Assembly (NCBI GenBank): GCA_965217185.1
Contig: OZ244252.1
Span: 1,120,001-1,184,000, forward strand
Direction: 5' to 3'
Length of the DNA stretch: 64,000 nucleotides
Source: an uncultured Candidatus Entotheonella sp.
GTDB taxonomy: Bacteria > Tectomicrobia > Entotheonellia > Entotheonellales > Entotheonellaceae
Positions 31,563 to 40,850 of the stretch are shown one piece after another. The notes beneath the pieces are model-generated. The model did no database searches, was not told the origin of the DNA, and worked only from the letters and a program-made list of their open reading frames with translations. The stretch's first letter is position 1; the number at the start of each line of letters is the position of its first letter. The position numbers and the translations under genes are program-made.

Positions 31563-33776
31563 ATGGCCCAAAGTGACGGCACGACGGCGGCGCCCCGACT
31601 TCTCATCGTCTCCAATCGCCTGCCGGTTACCATTCATCAAGATGGCGACGAATTCACCGTTGAGCGCAGTTCAGGCGGTCTGGCCACAGCGCTCTCCCAC
31701 CCGCACGCGGCGGGCAGCAGTCTGTGGCTCGGCTGGCCCGGCAGTGCTTACGAGTCGGATGCCGACCGCCGCCGCCTGACCCGCCTGCTGCATGACACCT
31801 ATCGCTTCTCCCCCGTCTACCTCACCGACGAGCAGGTTCAACGGTATTACTACGGATTCAGTAACGGCGCGCTGTGGCCGCTGTGCCACTTTTTCGAGGC
31901 ACACGTGGTCTACGACGACGAGGAGTGGGAAGCCTACGTGCAGGTCAACCGCTTGTTCTGCGACGCGGTGGCCGAGGAGGTGCGCGGCGACGAACTGATC
32001 TGGGTGCACGATTACCACCTGTTCCTGCTGCCCGACATGCTGCGCCAACGTTTCCCCGAGGCCAGAATCGGCTTTTTCCTGCATACCCCCTTCCCGCCTT
32101 CCGAACTCTTTCGTGTGCTGCCCTGCCGCGAGGTGTTGTTGCGCGGTCTGCTGGGCGCTGACGTGGTGGGTTTCCAGACATTCAACAACCTGCAAAACTT
32201 TCTGTACTCCGTGTACCGGGTGCTGGGTATTGCCGCCGACATGAACGCGCTGTCCTACGAAGGGCGGCCGGTGCATTGCGCGGTGCACCCGATCAGTGTC
32301 GATCCCAAGCAGTTCCTCAAAGCGCTGGATTCGGACGCTGACACGCTTGGGGAGTCCCGGCGGTTGGATGAGGCGATGGGAGACCGCAAGGTCATCCTGG
32401 GCATGGATCGTCTGGATTATTCCAAAGGCATTCCCGGACGGTTGCGCGCCTATCAGCGGCTGCTCGGGGCGCATCCCGAGTGGCGCGAGGCGGTGACCAT
32501 GGTGCAGGTGGCGGTACCGTCCCGCGAGCAAGTAACGGCCTACCAGGACCTGCGGCGCCAGGTGGACGAGCTGGTGGGCGAGATCAACGGCACCTACGGC
32601 ACCACCACCTGGACGCCGGTGCAATACGTGCATCGCAACCTGCCGTTTGCCGAGATTTGCGCCCTGCTGCGCCGGGCTGACATCGCGCTGATCACGCCGT
32701 TGCGCGACGGCATGAACCTGGTCGCCAAGGAATACGTCGTGTGCCAGAAGGAGCGCGCCGGGGCGTTGATTCTCAGCGAGTTTGCCGGGGCCTCATCGGA
32801 GTTGGGCGAGGCATTCTTCGTCAATCCCTACGACACCGAGGGCATGGCGGCGCGCATGCATGAAGTGCTGTCGTCGTCCGACGAGGCGCTGGCCGACAGG
32901 ATGGGCGCGCTGCACCGGCGCGTTTGTGGGCATACGGTGCACGCCTGGGCGCAGAAGTTCCTTGACGAGTTGACGAGCGTGCAGACGCAGCATACGCCGT
33001 GCGCATTGAACGATACCGCCCAGCGGCGACTGCTCGTCGCCTACGCCAAGGCGGAAAAGCGCGTTTTGCTGCTGGGATATGACGGCGCGTCGTCCTCGTC
33101 CGTGGAACGCTGGTACCGCACCGCACCGGGTGCCGATCTGTTGGATGCCTTGCAGGTGTTAAGCCAGGACCCGTGCAATACGGTGGCGGTTTTGAGTGGG
33201 GAGGAACGCGGTAACATGGAGAACTGGTTCGGTTCGTGCGGCGCCGTTCTAGTGGCCGAGGAAGGCGGCTGGATTCGTGAAAGCCCGCAGGTGCCCTGGC
33301 GACAGACCTTGGCGGACTTGGATGATGATTGGAAGGCCACGGCAAGGCCGATTCTGGAGGACGCGGTGGCGCGCATTCCCGGTTCCGCGTTGGAAGAGAG
33401 GGGTCATTCGCTCGGCTGGCAGTATCATCTTGCCGACCCCGAATTCAGTTTGTGGCAGGCGCGCGAACTTTACGGTCAATTGCAAGCCATGCTGCTCGGC
33501 AGCGGTCTCCAGGTGCAGAGGGGTAACAAGCTGGTGGAGATCAAGTGGGCCGAAATTCACAAGGGTATGTTCGGCGCACAGATCATCGCCGCTGCCGGAG
33601 CGGATTTCATCATGGCCATAGGCGGGCAACCCTCCGACGAGGCTCTCTTTGAATCGGTGCCGCCGGAACAATGGACAGTCAAGACGGGGACGGGATTCTC
33701 CAGGGCGCAGTTCGTCCTGCCAACGACGGCCGATGCCGTCGCTCTGCTGCAAACGCTAGCTGAGCTTTCCGCGTAG
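31563..33776 (+). CDS. otsA: Trehalose-6-phosphate synthase fused to a degenerate TPP (HAD) domain
   Basis: VSNRLP, GGLA, WVHDYH, DRLDYSKG, DGMNLVAKE. Confidence 0.9.
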   Translation: MAQSDGTTAAPRLLIVSNRLPVTIHQDGDEFTVERSSGGLATALSHPHAAGSSLWLGWPGSAYESDADRRRLTRLLHDTYRFSPVYLTDEQVQRYYYGFSNGALWPLCHFFEAHVVYDDEEWEAYVQVNRLFCDAVAEEVRGDELIWVHDYHLFLLPDMLRQRFPEARIGFFLHTPFPPSELFRVLPCREVLLRGLLGADVVGFQTFNNLQNFLYSVYRVLGIAADMNALSYEGRPVHCAVHPISVDPKQFLKALDSDADTLGESRRLDEAMGDRKVILGMDRLDYSKGIPGRLRAYQRLLGAHPEWREAVTMVQVAVPSREQVTAYQDLRRQVDELVGEINGTYGTTTWTPVQYVHRNLPFAEICALLRRADIALITPLRDGMNLVAKEYVVCQKERAGALILSEFAGASSELGEAFFVNPYDTEGMAARMHEVLSSSDEALADRMGALHRRVCGHTVHAWAQKFLDELTSVQTQHTPCALNDTAQRRLLVAYAKAEKRVLLLGYDGASSSSVERWYRTAPGADLLDALQVLSQDPCNTVAVLSGEERGNMENWFGSCGAVLVAEEGGWIRESPQVPWRQTLADLDDDWKATARPILEDAVARIPGSALEERGHSLGWQYHLADPEFSLWQARELYGQLQAMLLGSGLQVQRGNKLVEIKWAEIHKGMFGAQIIAAAGADFIMAIGGQPSDEALFESVPPEQWTVKTGTGFSRAQFVLPTTADAVALLQTLAELSA

Positions 33777-33778
33777 GG

Positions 33779-34762
33779 TCAGGGCCGCAGCGTGTCGGCC
33801 ACCTGCATGTAATCTTCCAGACGCGGCAGCAGCAAGGGTGCATCGACACCGGCGGCACGGTACTCGGCGATGCGGGCCCTGCACGTTGCGGCGTCGCCGA
33901 TCAGGTAAAACGCTTCCACCATGTCATCGGTTATGAGTTCGGTCGCATCAGCATCGGGGCGCGACGCAGTGGCCCGAAGGGGCTTGAGGATGTCCGCGTC
34001 GAAACCGCCTTGCGCCAGCAGAATCTCTCCCACGTAGGGCTCGGCGAGGAGGCGCACCAAGCGCTGCTTGAGGCCGGGAAGGAGTGCTCCGGCGTCCGGC
34101 GTCAGCCGCACGACGAGCATGCAGGTAATATCGATGGCTTCGGGGTCGCGCCCCGCTTGGCGGGCGGCTTCCCGAATTTCTCGCACGGCATAGCGTACGT
34201 AGCCGGTCGGCACGTAAGCGTTGAGGATGACCCCGTCGGCAACGGCGCCGGCCAGCCGCAGGGCCTGCGGGCCCAGGGCGGCGAGATAGATGGGCATCCG
34301 CTGCTGCACGGGCAGGATGGCGAGGCGGGTGTCGCGCATGGTGACGTGCTCGCCGGTGGTGTCCACTCGGTTACCGCCGAGCAGGTCCCGGATGTTGCCG
34401 ACGGCCTCGGCAAGCACGGTGCGCGGCTGGCGGTAGTCGAGTCCCAGGCGGTCGCGAATGATGAAGGGTTCACTCCTCCCCATTCCCAGAATGAACCGCC
34501 CACCGGATACGCGATCCAGGGTCGCACTGGCCATCGCCAACAGGGCCGAATGCCGGGTGTACGGGTTGGTGACCCCTACCCCCAGTTTCAATCGTTTTGT
34601 TATCGCAGCCAGAAAGCCGAGAAGCGTGAAGGTTTCCTCGTGAAAGTAGCGCTCGGTCACCCACAACGACTCGTACCCTGCCGTTTCTGCCGCGCGGGCA
34701 TACGATTCCAGCGCCGCGCCGCTCTCGATACCGTGATAGAGCACCATGCCGAGTCGAGCCAT
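33779..34762 (-). CDS. LLM-class flavin/F420-dependent oxidoreductase
   Basis: AETAGYESLWVTE, LDRVSGGRFILGMG, AGAVADG. Confidence 0.88.
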   Translation of the reverse strand: MARLGMVLYHGIESGAALESYARAAETAGYESLWVTERYFHEETFTLLGFLAAITKRLKLGVGVTNPYTRHSALLAMASATLDRVSGGRFILGMGRSEPFIIRDRLGLDYRQPRTVLAEAVGNIRDLLGGNRVDTTGEHVTMRDTRLAILPVQQRMPIYLAALGPQALRLAGAVADGVILNAYVPTGYVRYAVREIREAARQAGRDPEAIDITCMLVVRLTPDAGALLPGLKQRLVRLLAEPYVGEILLAQGGFDADILKPLRATASRPDADATELITDDMVEAFYLIGDAATCRARIAEYRAAGVDAPLLLPRLEDYMQVADTLRP

Positions 34763-34883
34763 GTGATTTCTCCCCTACAAAGCTTGCTAGCCAGAGTCCG
34801 CTGCGATAGGTGTGGTGACGTGTATTTGTTATTATACCGACCATCTATATGCCCGTTATTCCCAGAGACTGGAGTGAGCCGCG

Positions 34884-36437
34884 TTGATGGATAGCCGTAT
34901 CGGTGTTGCCGACGGACTGGATTTGTTGATGAACGTGATGCCCACGCGCATTCGGGTAGCTCTGGAAAGCCATCCGCAGCGCGAGGACCTGCTGGAGGTC
35001 GTGCTTGATTTGGGACGGCTGCCAGAGGCGCGTTTTACGGATTCTAAAGAGGCGCTGTCGCAGACACAGGTGATTCGCGAGGACCTGGACCACGTGACGG
35101 CGCATGTAGGGGCGTTCGGCCAGGATAACCGCGCCGGCATTGAGCGCACCCTGCATCGCATTTCGGCCATCCGCAACCGTGCCGGAGCCATCGTTGGCCT
35201 GACCTGCCGGGTCGGGCGCGCCCTGTTCGGCACGGTGGCCATCCTGCGCGACGTGATCGAAAGCGGCAAGTCGATGCTGCTGTTGGGACGGCCCGGTGTC
35301 GGCAAGACAACGCTGCTCCGCGAAGCTGCCCGGGTGCTGGCGGACGAGGCGGGCAAGCGCGTGGTCATTGTCGACACGTCCAATGAAATTGCCGGCGACG
35401 GCGATATCCCGCACCCCGGCATCGGGCAGGCGCGGCGCATGCAGGTGCCGACGCCGAGCTCGCAGCACGCGGTGATGATCGAGGCAGTGGAGAATCACAT
35501 GCCGGAGGTGATCGTCATCGACGAAATCGGCGCCGAAGCGGAGGCGCTGGCCGCCCGCACGATTGCCGAGCGCGGCGTGCAGCTCATCGCCACGGCGCAC
35601 GGCAACACCCTTGAAAATCTCATCCGCAATCCCACCCTTGCCGATCTCGTTGGCGGCGTTCAGGCCGTTACCCTTTCTGACGAAGAAGCGCGCCGCCGCC
35701 GCACCCGCAAGACCGTTCTGGAGCGTAAGGCACCGCCGACGTTCGACGTGCTGATTGAAATTCAGGAACGCGACCGCTTGGCCGTGCATCACGACGTGGC
35801 GCAGGTGGTGGACGGGCTGCTGCGCGGCCACGGCCACGGCCCGGAATTGCGTGTGCGGAAAGCGGAGGGCGGCTTTGAGGTGGTGCCGCCGTCGGTTCCT
35901 ATTCTGCAGGAGCCGCACTATCCGGACGCGCCGCCTCCACCCCGCCGGCAGCACCATCGCATCTTTCCCTATGCCGTGGATCGCGGGCGCTTGCAGAGGG
36001 CCATTCAAAACAGTCGGGTGGCGGCCTCGGTGGTCGACGACCTCGATCAAGCCGACGTGGTTCTGACGCTGAAATCTCAGGAGAAACGCCAGCCCAAGCG
36101 CCTGCAGGAAGCGCGCGCCCGCGGCATGCCCTTCTACAGCATCCGACACAACACGGCCACACAGATGGAGTTGTTCCTCGCCGAGGTCGGCCACCGTGCC
36201 GAGGGGCGCGACCATCGTGCCAATAAGCAGGACCGCAGCCATCAGACGGAGATGGCCCGGCTGGAAGCGGAGGCCGCCGCGCATGAGGTCATGGCCAGCG
36301 GCCGCCCGGTGGAGTTGGCGCCGCGCAATGCCTACCTGCGGCGGGTGCAGCACGAACTCGCGGGGCTGTATGAACTGAATTCGGAAAGCAAGGACATCGA
36401 GCCGTATCGCCGCGTCATCATTTATCCAAGGGCTTGA
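34884..36437 (+). CDS. Ycf45/SpoIIIAA-like AAA ATPase with C-terminal R3H domain
   Basis: [22 protein letters not shown]. Confidence 0.88.
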   Translation: MMDSRIGVADGLDLLMNVMPTRIRVALESHPQREDLLEVVLDLGRLPEARFTDSKEALSQTQVIREDLDHVTAHVGAFGQDNRAGIERTLHRISAIRNRAGAIVGLTCRVGRALFGTVAILRDVIESGKSMLLLGRPGVGKTTLLREAARVLADEAGKRVVIVDTSNEIAGDGDIPHPGIGQARRMQVPTPSSQHAVMIEAVENHMPEVIVIDEIGAEAEALAARTIAERGVQLIATAHGNTLENLIRNPTLADLVGGVQAVTLSDEEARRRRTRKTVLERKAPPTFDVLIEIQERDRLAVHHDVAQVVDGLLRGHGHGPELRVRKAEGGFEVVPPSVPILQEPHYPDAPPPPRRQHHRIFPYAVDRGRLQRAIQNSRVAASVVDDLDQADVVLTLKSQEKRQPKRLQEARARGMPFYSIRHNTATQMELFLAEVGHRAEGRDHRANKQDRSHQTEMARLEAEAAAHEVMASGRPVELAPRNAYLRRVQHELAGLYELNSESKDIEPYRRVIIYPRA

Positions 36438-36454
36438 AAGGATACAGGGGCATC

Positions 36455-37621
36455 ATGGTAGACATTCACATCACCCTCACCGAGGAGCAACTGGCGCTGA
36501 AAAAGGCTGTCGCGGATTTGTGCCAGCTCTACCCGGGGCCGTACTGGCGGGAATTGGACGCCAAGCGCGAGTATCCCGAGGCGTTTGTGCAGGAGCTGAG
36601 CAAGGCGGGCTACCTCGCTGCGCTGATCCCGGAAGCATACGGCGGCAGCGGCCTGGGCATCCTCGAGGGCGGTCTGATTCTGGAGGAGATCAATCGTTCC
36701 GGCGGCAACGCAGCGGCCTGCCACGCGCAAATGTACATCATGGGGACGCTGCTGCGGCATGGCTCGGATGATCAGAAGGCACGCTATCTGCCGCAGATCG
36801 CCAGCGGTGTGCTGCGGCTGCAGGCGTTCGGGGTGACGGAACCGAATTCCGGCTCCGATACGACGCAATTGCAAACGACGGCGGTGCGGCAGGGCGACAC
36901 GTACGTGGTCAACGGTCAGAAAATCTTCATTTCGCGTGTCATGCAGTCGGATCTGATGCTGTTGCTGGCCCGCACGACGCCGCTTGGCGAGGTTCGCAAG
37001 CGCACGGACGGGCTGTCCGTGTTTCTGATCGACATCCGGGACCTGCCAGGCTTTGAGGCGCGGCCCCTGCACACGATGCTGAACCACTCCACCAACGTGC
37101 TGTTTTTCGACGACGTGGAAATCCCGGTGGACAGCTTGGTCGGTGTCGAGGGCAAGGGGTTTTCGCATATCCTGGACGGTATGAACGCGGAGCGCGTGCT
37201 GGTGGCATCGCAGTCGGTCGGCGACGGGCGCTGGTTCGTGGAGAAGGCGTCGCAGTACGCCAACGATCGCGTCATTTTCGGCAAGCCGATCGGCACCAAC
37301 CAGGGGGTGCAATTTCCGATTGCCAAGGCGCACATGGCCGTCGAGGCGGCGGACCTGATGCGTCTCAAGGCGGCGGCGATGTTCGACGCCGGCGAGCCGT
37401 GCGGCCCGGAGGCCAACATGGCGAAATACCTGTCGGCTGAGGCGGCCTGGGAGGCGGCCAACGCCTGCCTGGACTGCCACGGCGGCTACGGCTTTGCGTC
37501 GGAGTACGACGTGGAGCGCAAGTTCCGCGAGACGCGCCTGTACAAGACGGCGCCGGTCAACAACAACCTGGTGCTGGCCTACGTTGGGCAGCACGTGCTG
37601 GGGATGCCGCGCTCTTACTGA
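36455..37621 (+). CDS. Acyl-CoA dehydrogenase
   Basis: VTEPNSGSD, NGQKIFIS, HGGYGF. Confidence 0.92.
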   Translation: MVDIHITLTEEQLALKKAVADLCQLYPGPYWRELDAKREYPEAFVQELSKAGYLAALIPEAYGGSGLGILEGGLILEEINRSGGNAAACHAQMYIMGTLLRHGSDDQKARYLPQIASGVLRLQAFGVTEPNSGSDTTQLQTTAVRQGDTYVVNGQKIFISRVMQSDLMLLLARTTPLGEVRKRTDGLSVFLIDIRDLPGFEARPLHTMLNHSTNVLFFDDVEIPVDSLVGVEGKGFSHILDGMNAERVLVASQSVGDGRWFVEKASQYANDRVIFGKPIGTNQGVQFPIAKAHMAVEAADLMRLKAAAMFDAGEPCGPEANMAKYLSAEAAWEAANACLDCHGGYGFASEYDVERKFRETRLYKTAPVNNNLVLAYVGQHVLGMPRSY

Positions 37622-37649
37622 CGACGGCTTTTCATCATGAGGAAACGAT

Positions 37650-38597
37650 ATGTCGATGCCAGAGCGAGTTGCGATTTGCGAGGTGGGAACGCGGGACGGG
37701 TTCCAGATCGAGCCGGTGTTCATTGCCACCGAGACGAAGATCGATATGGTGAATCGCCTCACCGCGGCGGGTCTGCCGCGCATTGAGGTCACGTCGTTTG
37801 TGCACCCCAAGGCGGTGCCGCAGATGCGGGACGCTGCCGAGGTGATGGCGGGCATCGAGCGCCGGCCGGGCACTGTGTATGCCGCTTTGATTCCTAACGA
37901 GAAGGGTGCCGTTCGGGCCATCGAGGCGGGGGTAGACAAGCTGCACACGGTGCTGTCGGCGAGTGAGAGCCACAATCTGGCCAACGTCAACATGACGGTC
38001 GCCGAGTCGCTGGACAAGCTGGCCGCGGTGGCGCCGGTGGCGCACGACGCCGGCATCCCGGTGCAGGGTGGTATCTCGACGGCTTTCGGTTGCCCGTTTG
38101 AGGGACGTATTCCGTTGGAGAGGCTGGAGTCCATCGCGGCGCGGCTGGTAGATATGGGCTTCCAGGGCATCAGCCTGGCGGACACGACGGGCATGGCCAA
38201 TCCAGCGCAGGTGCAAAGGATTCTGGAATACCTGATGCCCAAGTTTCCGGGCATCGAGTGGAACCTGCATACCCACAACACGCGGGGCTTGGCGATCCCC
38301 AACATCTTGGCCGCCATGTCGTGTGGCGTGCAGTCTTTCGACTCATCGGTGGCGGGACTAGGCGGCTGTCCGTTTGCCCCCGGTGCGACCGGCAACGTCT
38401 GCACCGAAGACTTGGTGCATTGCCTGCACGCCATGGACGTCGAGACAGGGATCGACCTCGACGAGTTGGTCGCCGCGGCGCAGCGTCTCGAGGAGGTGAT
38501 CGGCCGCCCGTTGCCGGGGCAGGTTATGAAGGCGGGGCCGTGGGACCGCCGCTACGCCCTGCCGCACGCGGTTGAAGAACGTCTCGCTGCGCTCTGA
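37650..38597 (+). CDS. Hydroxymethylglutaryl-CoA lyase family
   Basis: EVGTRDGFQ, LADTTG, HTHNTRG, GLGGCPFAPGATGN. Confidence 0.9.
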   Translation: MSMPERVAICEVGTRDGFQIEPVFIATETKIDMVNRLTAAGLPRIEVTSFVHPKAVPQMRDAAEVMAGIERRPGTVYAALIPNEKGAVRAIEAGVDKLHTVLSASESHNLANVNMTVAESLDKLAAVAPVAHDAGIPVQGGISTAFGCPFEGRIPLERLESIAARLVDMGFQGISLADTTGMANPAQVQRILEYLMPKFPGIEWNLHTHNTRGLAIPNILAAMSCGVQSFDSSVAGLGGCPFAPGATGNVCTEDLVHCLHAMDVETGIDLDELVAAAQRLEEVIGRPLPGQVMKAGPWDRRYALPHAVEERLAAL

Positions 38598-38610
38598 TGC
38601 GCGCTGTGCT

Positions 38611-39411
38611 TTATCTTCCTGTGAAACTAGGTGCCCGGCGTTCCGTGAATGAGGCCCGCGACTCCTCGACGTCATGCGGCGCGCGGCGCGCCAGGATCAG
38701 CCCGTAGGATTCGTGGCGCAGTTGCGCTTCCAGGTCGGCCTCCATGCTCTGCTGCAGGACGCGGCGGGCGGTTTGCATGGCCACCGGCGGCCAGGAGGCG
38801 ATCTGCCGTGCCACCGCCAGGGCCTCGTCCAGAAGGTTCTCGGCAGGCACCAGGCGGTCGAGCAGGCCGATACGATGCGCTTCCTCGGCTTCCACGAAGC
38901 GGCTGGTGTAGATCAGGTCACAAGCGCGGCTGTATCCGACGATGCGCGGCAGGAAGAACGACATGCCGGAGTCGGGGCTCAGGCTGCGTTCGAGGAACAC
39001 AGTCTTGAAGCGCGTGAGCGGCGAGCCGACGCGCAGGTCGCAGGCCAATGCCAGGGACATGCCGGCCCCTGCCGCCACGCCGTTGACCGCGGCTACGATG
39101 GGCTTGTCCAGGGTGCGGTAGACGGCCATGGCTTGGCGTCCGGTCCAGCCGTACATGTCGAGGCGCTCCTGACGGCTGCCGATGTCGTCCGTGGCGGTCG
39201 GCGCGGCGCGTAGATCGACGCCGGAGCAGAATCCCCTTCCCTCTCCCGTGAGAACCACGGCCCAGATGTCGTCGTTATGGCGTATATCCTGACAGGCCTG
39301 CTCCAGTTCTTGGCGTAGTTCCGGGCTGAGGGCGTTCAGTCGGTCGGGGCGGTTCAAGGTCAAAATGGCGATTTTATCCTGCCGTTCGATCCGTAAAACG
39401 TGATCGGACAT
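38611..39411 (-). CDS. Enoyl-CoA hydratase/isomerase
   Basis: LNRPDRLNAL, FCSGVDL, KPIVAAVNGVAAGAG. Confidence 0.9.
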   Translation of the reverse strand: MSDHVLRIERQDKIAILTLNRPDRLNALSPELRQELEQACQDIRHNDDIWAVVLTGEGRGFCSGVDLRAAPTATDDIGSRQERLDMYGWTGRQAMAVYRTLDKPIVAAVNGVAAGAGMSLALACDLRVGSPLTRFKTVFLERSLSPDSGMSFFLPRIVGYSRACDLIYTSRFVEAEEAHRIGLLDRLVPAENLLDEALAVARQIASWPPVAMQTARRVLQQSMEADLEAQLRHESYGLILARRAPHDVEESRASFTERRAPSFTGR

Positions 39412-39512
39412 GTGCGTTCCTTCGGTTGCGCTGGTGCAGTGCTGAGACTATTTCCAGATGAGAAGGGACCCATTTTAGCACGCGATACGGTGCGAGCCGT
39501 GGAGATCAACTG

Positions 39513-40652
39513 ATGCAAGAAAGACCGAACACGCGGATTACCGACGTGCGATTGATTCGTTTGCGGACGGAGCGCGAGGTGGGCGTCGTCGAGCCGGCGT
39601 GGGACCCCGGCGGCACCTGGCCGCTTCGCGTCGGCGGCGGCGCGTACGTCGAGGTGCACACCGACGCCGGGCTTGTGGGCATCGGGCCCGGTTGCAGCGC
39701 CGCCCTGCTGCCCGCGGTGCGGCAACAGTTGGTGGGCCAGGATCCGTTCGACATTGAGCGGCATGACGCCGTACTTGGCTACTACGCGGCGGGTCTGCCC
39801 TACGCGGGCCCCGCCGGGGTAGACATTGCGCTGTGGGACGTGATCGGCAAGCTCTGCGGCCAGCCGCTGTACAAGCTTTGGGGCGGCGGGCGCGACCGGG
39901 TGGTGCCCTACGCCAGCCTGATGCGGCTTTCCAACCCCGAGGAGCGGGCGCAGCAGGCGGCTACCTTGCGACAGGCCGGTTGGCGGGCGCTGAAGGTACG
40001 GCTTCACCACGAAACGATGCAGGAAGACATTCGTACCGTCGAAGCCGTGCGGGAGGCGGTGGGCGATGACATGGCGATCATGGTGGACGCCAACCAGGCG
40101 CAATCCGCCGGGGGCTGGCAGCCCGGCGTGCGCTGGGATTTTCGCCGTGCCGTCGAGACCGCCCGCGTCCTGCAAACCCTCCGCTGTACGTGGCTGGAAG
40201 AACCCCTGCCCCGCTTCGCTTTCGACCAGTTGGCGGAACTGAGGCGGCGCGTCGAGCTGCCGATTGCAGGGGGCGAGAACAACACTGGCCTGCACGAATT
40301 CCGGCACATGCTGCAACACGAGGTGTACGACATCCTGCAACCCGAATGCCTCGTCCTCGAAGGCATCTCCACCGTCCGCAAGGTCGGCGTCCTGGCCGGT
40401 GCCTTCGGCAAGCAGGTCGTTCCCCACCACGGCGCCTGGGACCTCGGCCTCATCGCCCACCTGCATTTTGTTGCGTCCTGCCCTCATGCGCCCTATCTGG
40501 AAATCCTCCACGACCCGCCGATTGGCGACTACCGCAACGGCTTTGCCGTTTTGCAAGACCCGCCCGTCGTCGGCCCGGACGGTTGCCTCGCCGTTCCTCA
40601 AGCCCCCGGTCTTGGCGTCAAATTGCGGCAGGACCTGATCGAGGCGTCCTAA
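39513..40652 (+). CDS. Mandelate racemase/muconate lactonizing enzyme family
   Basis: DIALWD, MVDANQ, WLEEP, AGGE, PGLGV. Confidence 0.88.
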   Translation: MQERPNTRITDVRLIRLRTEREVGVVEPAWDPGGTWPLRVGGGAYVEVHTDAGLVGIGPGCSAALLPAVRQQLVGQDPFDIERHDAVLGYYAAGLPYAGPAGVDIALWDVIGKLCGQPLYKLWGGGRDRVVPYASLMRLSNPEERAQQAATLRQAGWRALKVRLHHETMQEDIRTVEAVREAVGDDMAIMVDANQAQSAGGWQPGVRWDFRRAVETARVLQTLRCTWLEEPLPRFAFDQLAELRRRVELPIAGGENNTGLHEFRHMLQHEVYDILQPECLVLEGISTVRKVGVLAGAFGKQVVPHHGAWDLGLIAHLHFVASCPHAPYLEILHDPPIGDYRNGFAVLQDPPVVGPDGCLAVPQAPGLGVKLRQDLIEAS

Positions 40653-40850
40653 GCCTGCACTCCAGTACATGCCTACCTTCTGATTTCACGGAATTCAAAC
40701 ACGCCGAAAACAATGATTTATCAGCACCGGGGTAGGTGGGGAGTCAGCGATTTCTCTCACTCCAACTTTCCCCGAGGGTGAGAAGGAGAGGCAAGTTCCT
40801 TGCCTGAAATCCATCCCGCCATTTGATCACCAAAGTGTGAGGAGACCATC

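Noticed and set aside
36422..38434. Long antisense ORFs (670 aa here; also 34845-36353, 39360-40670, 55990-57432, 57805-59286)
   Set aside because: Shadow frames of well-supported genes on the opposite strand in GC-rich DNA
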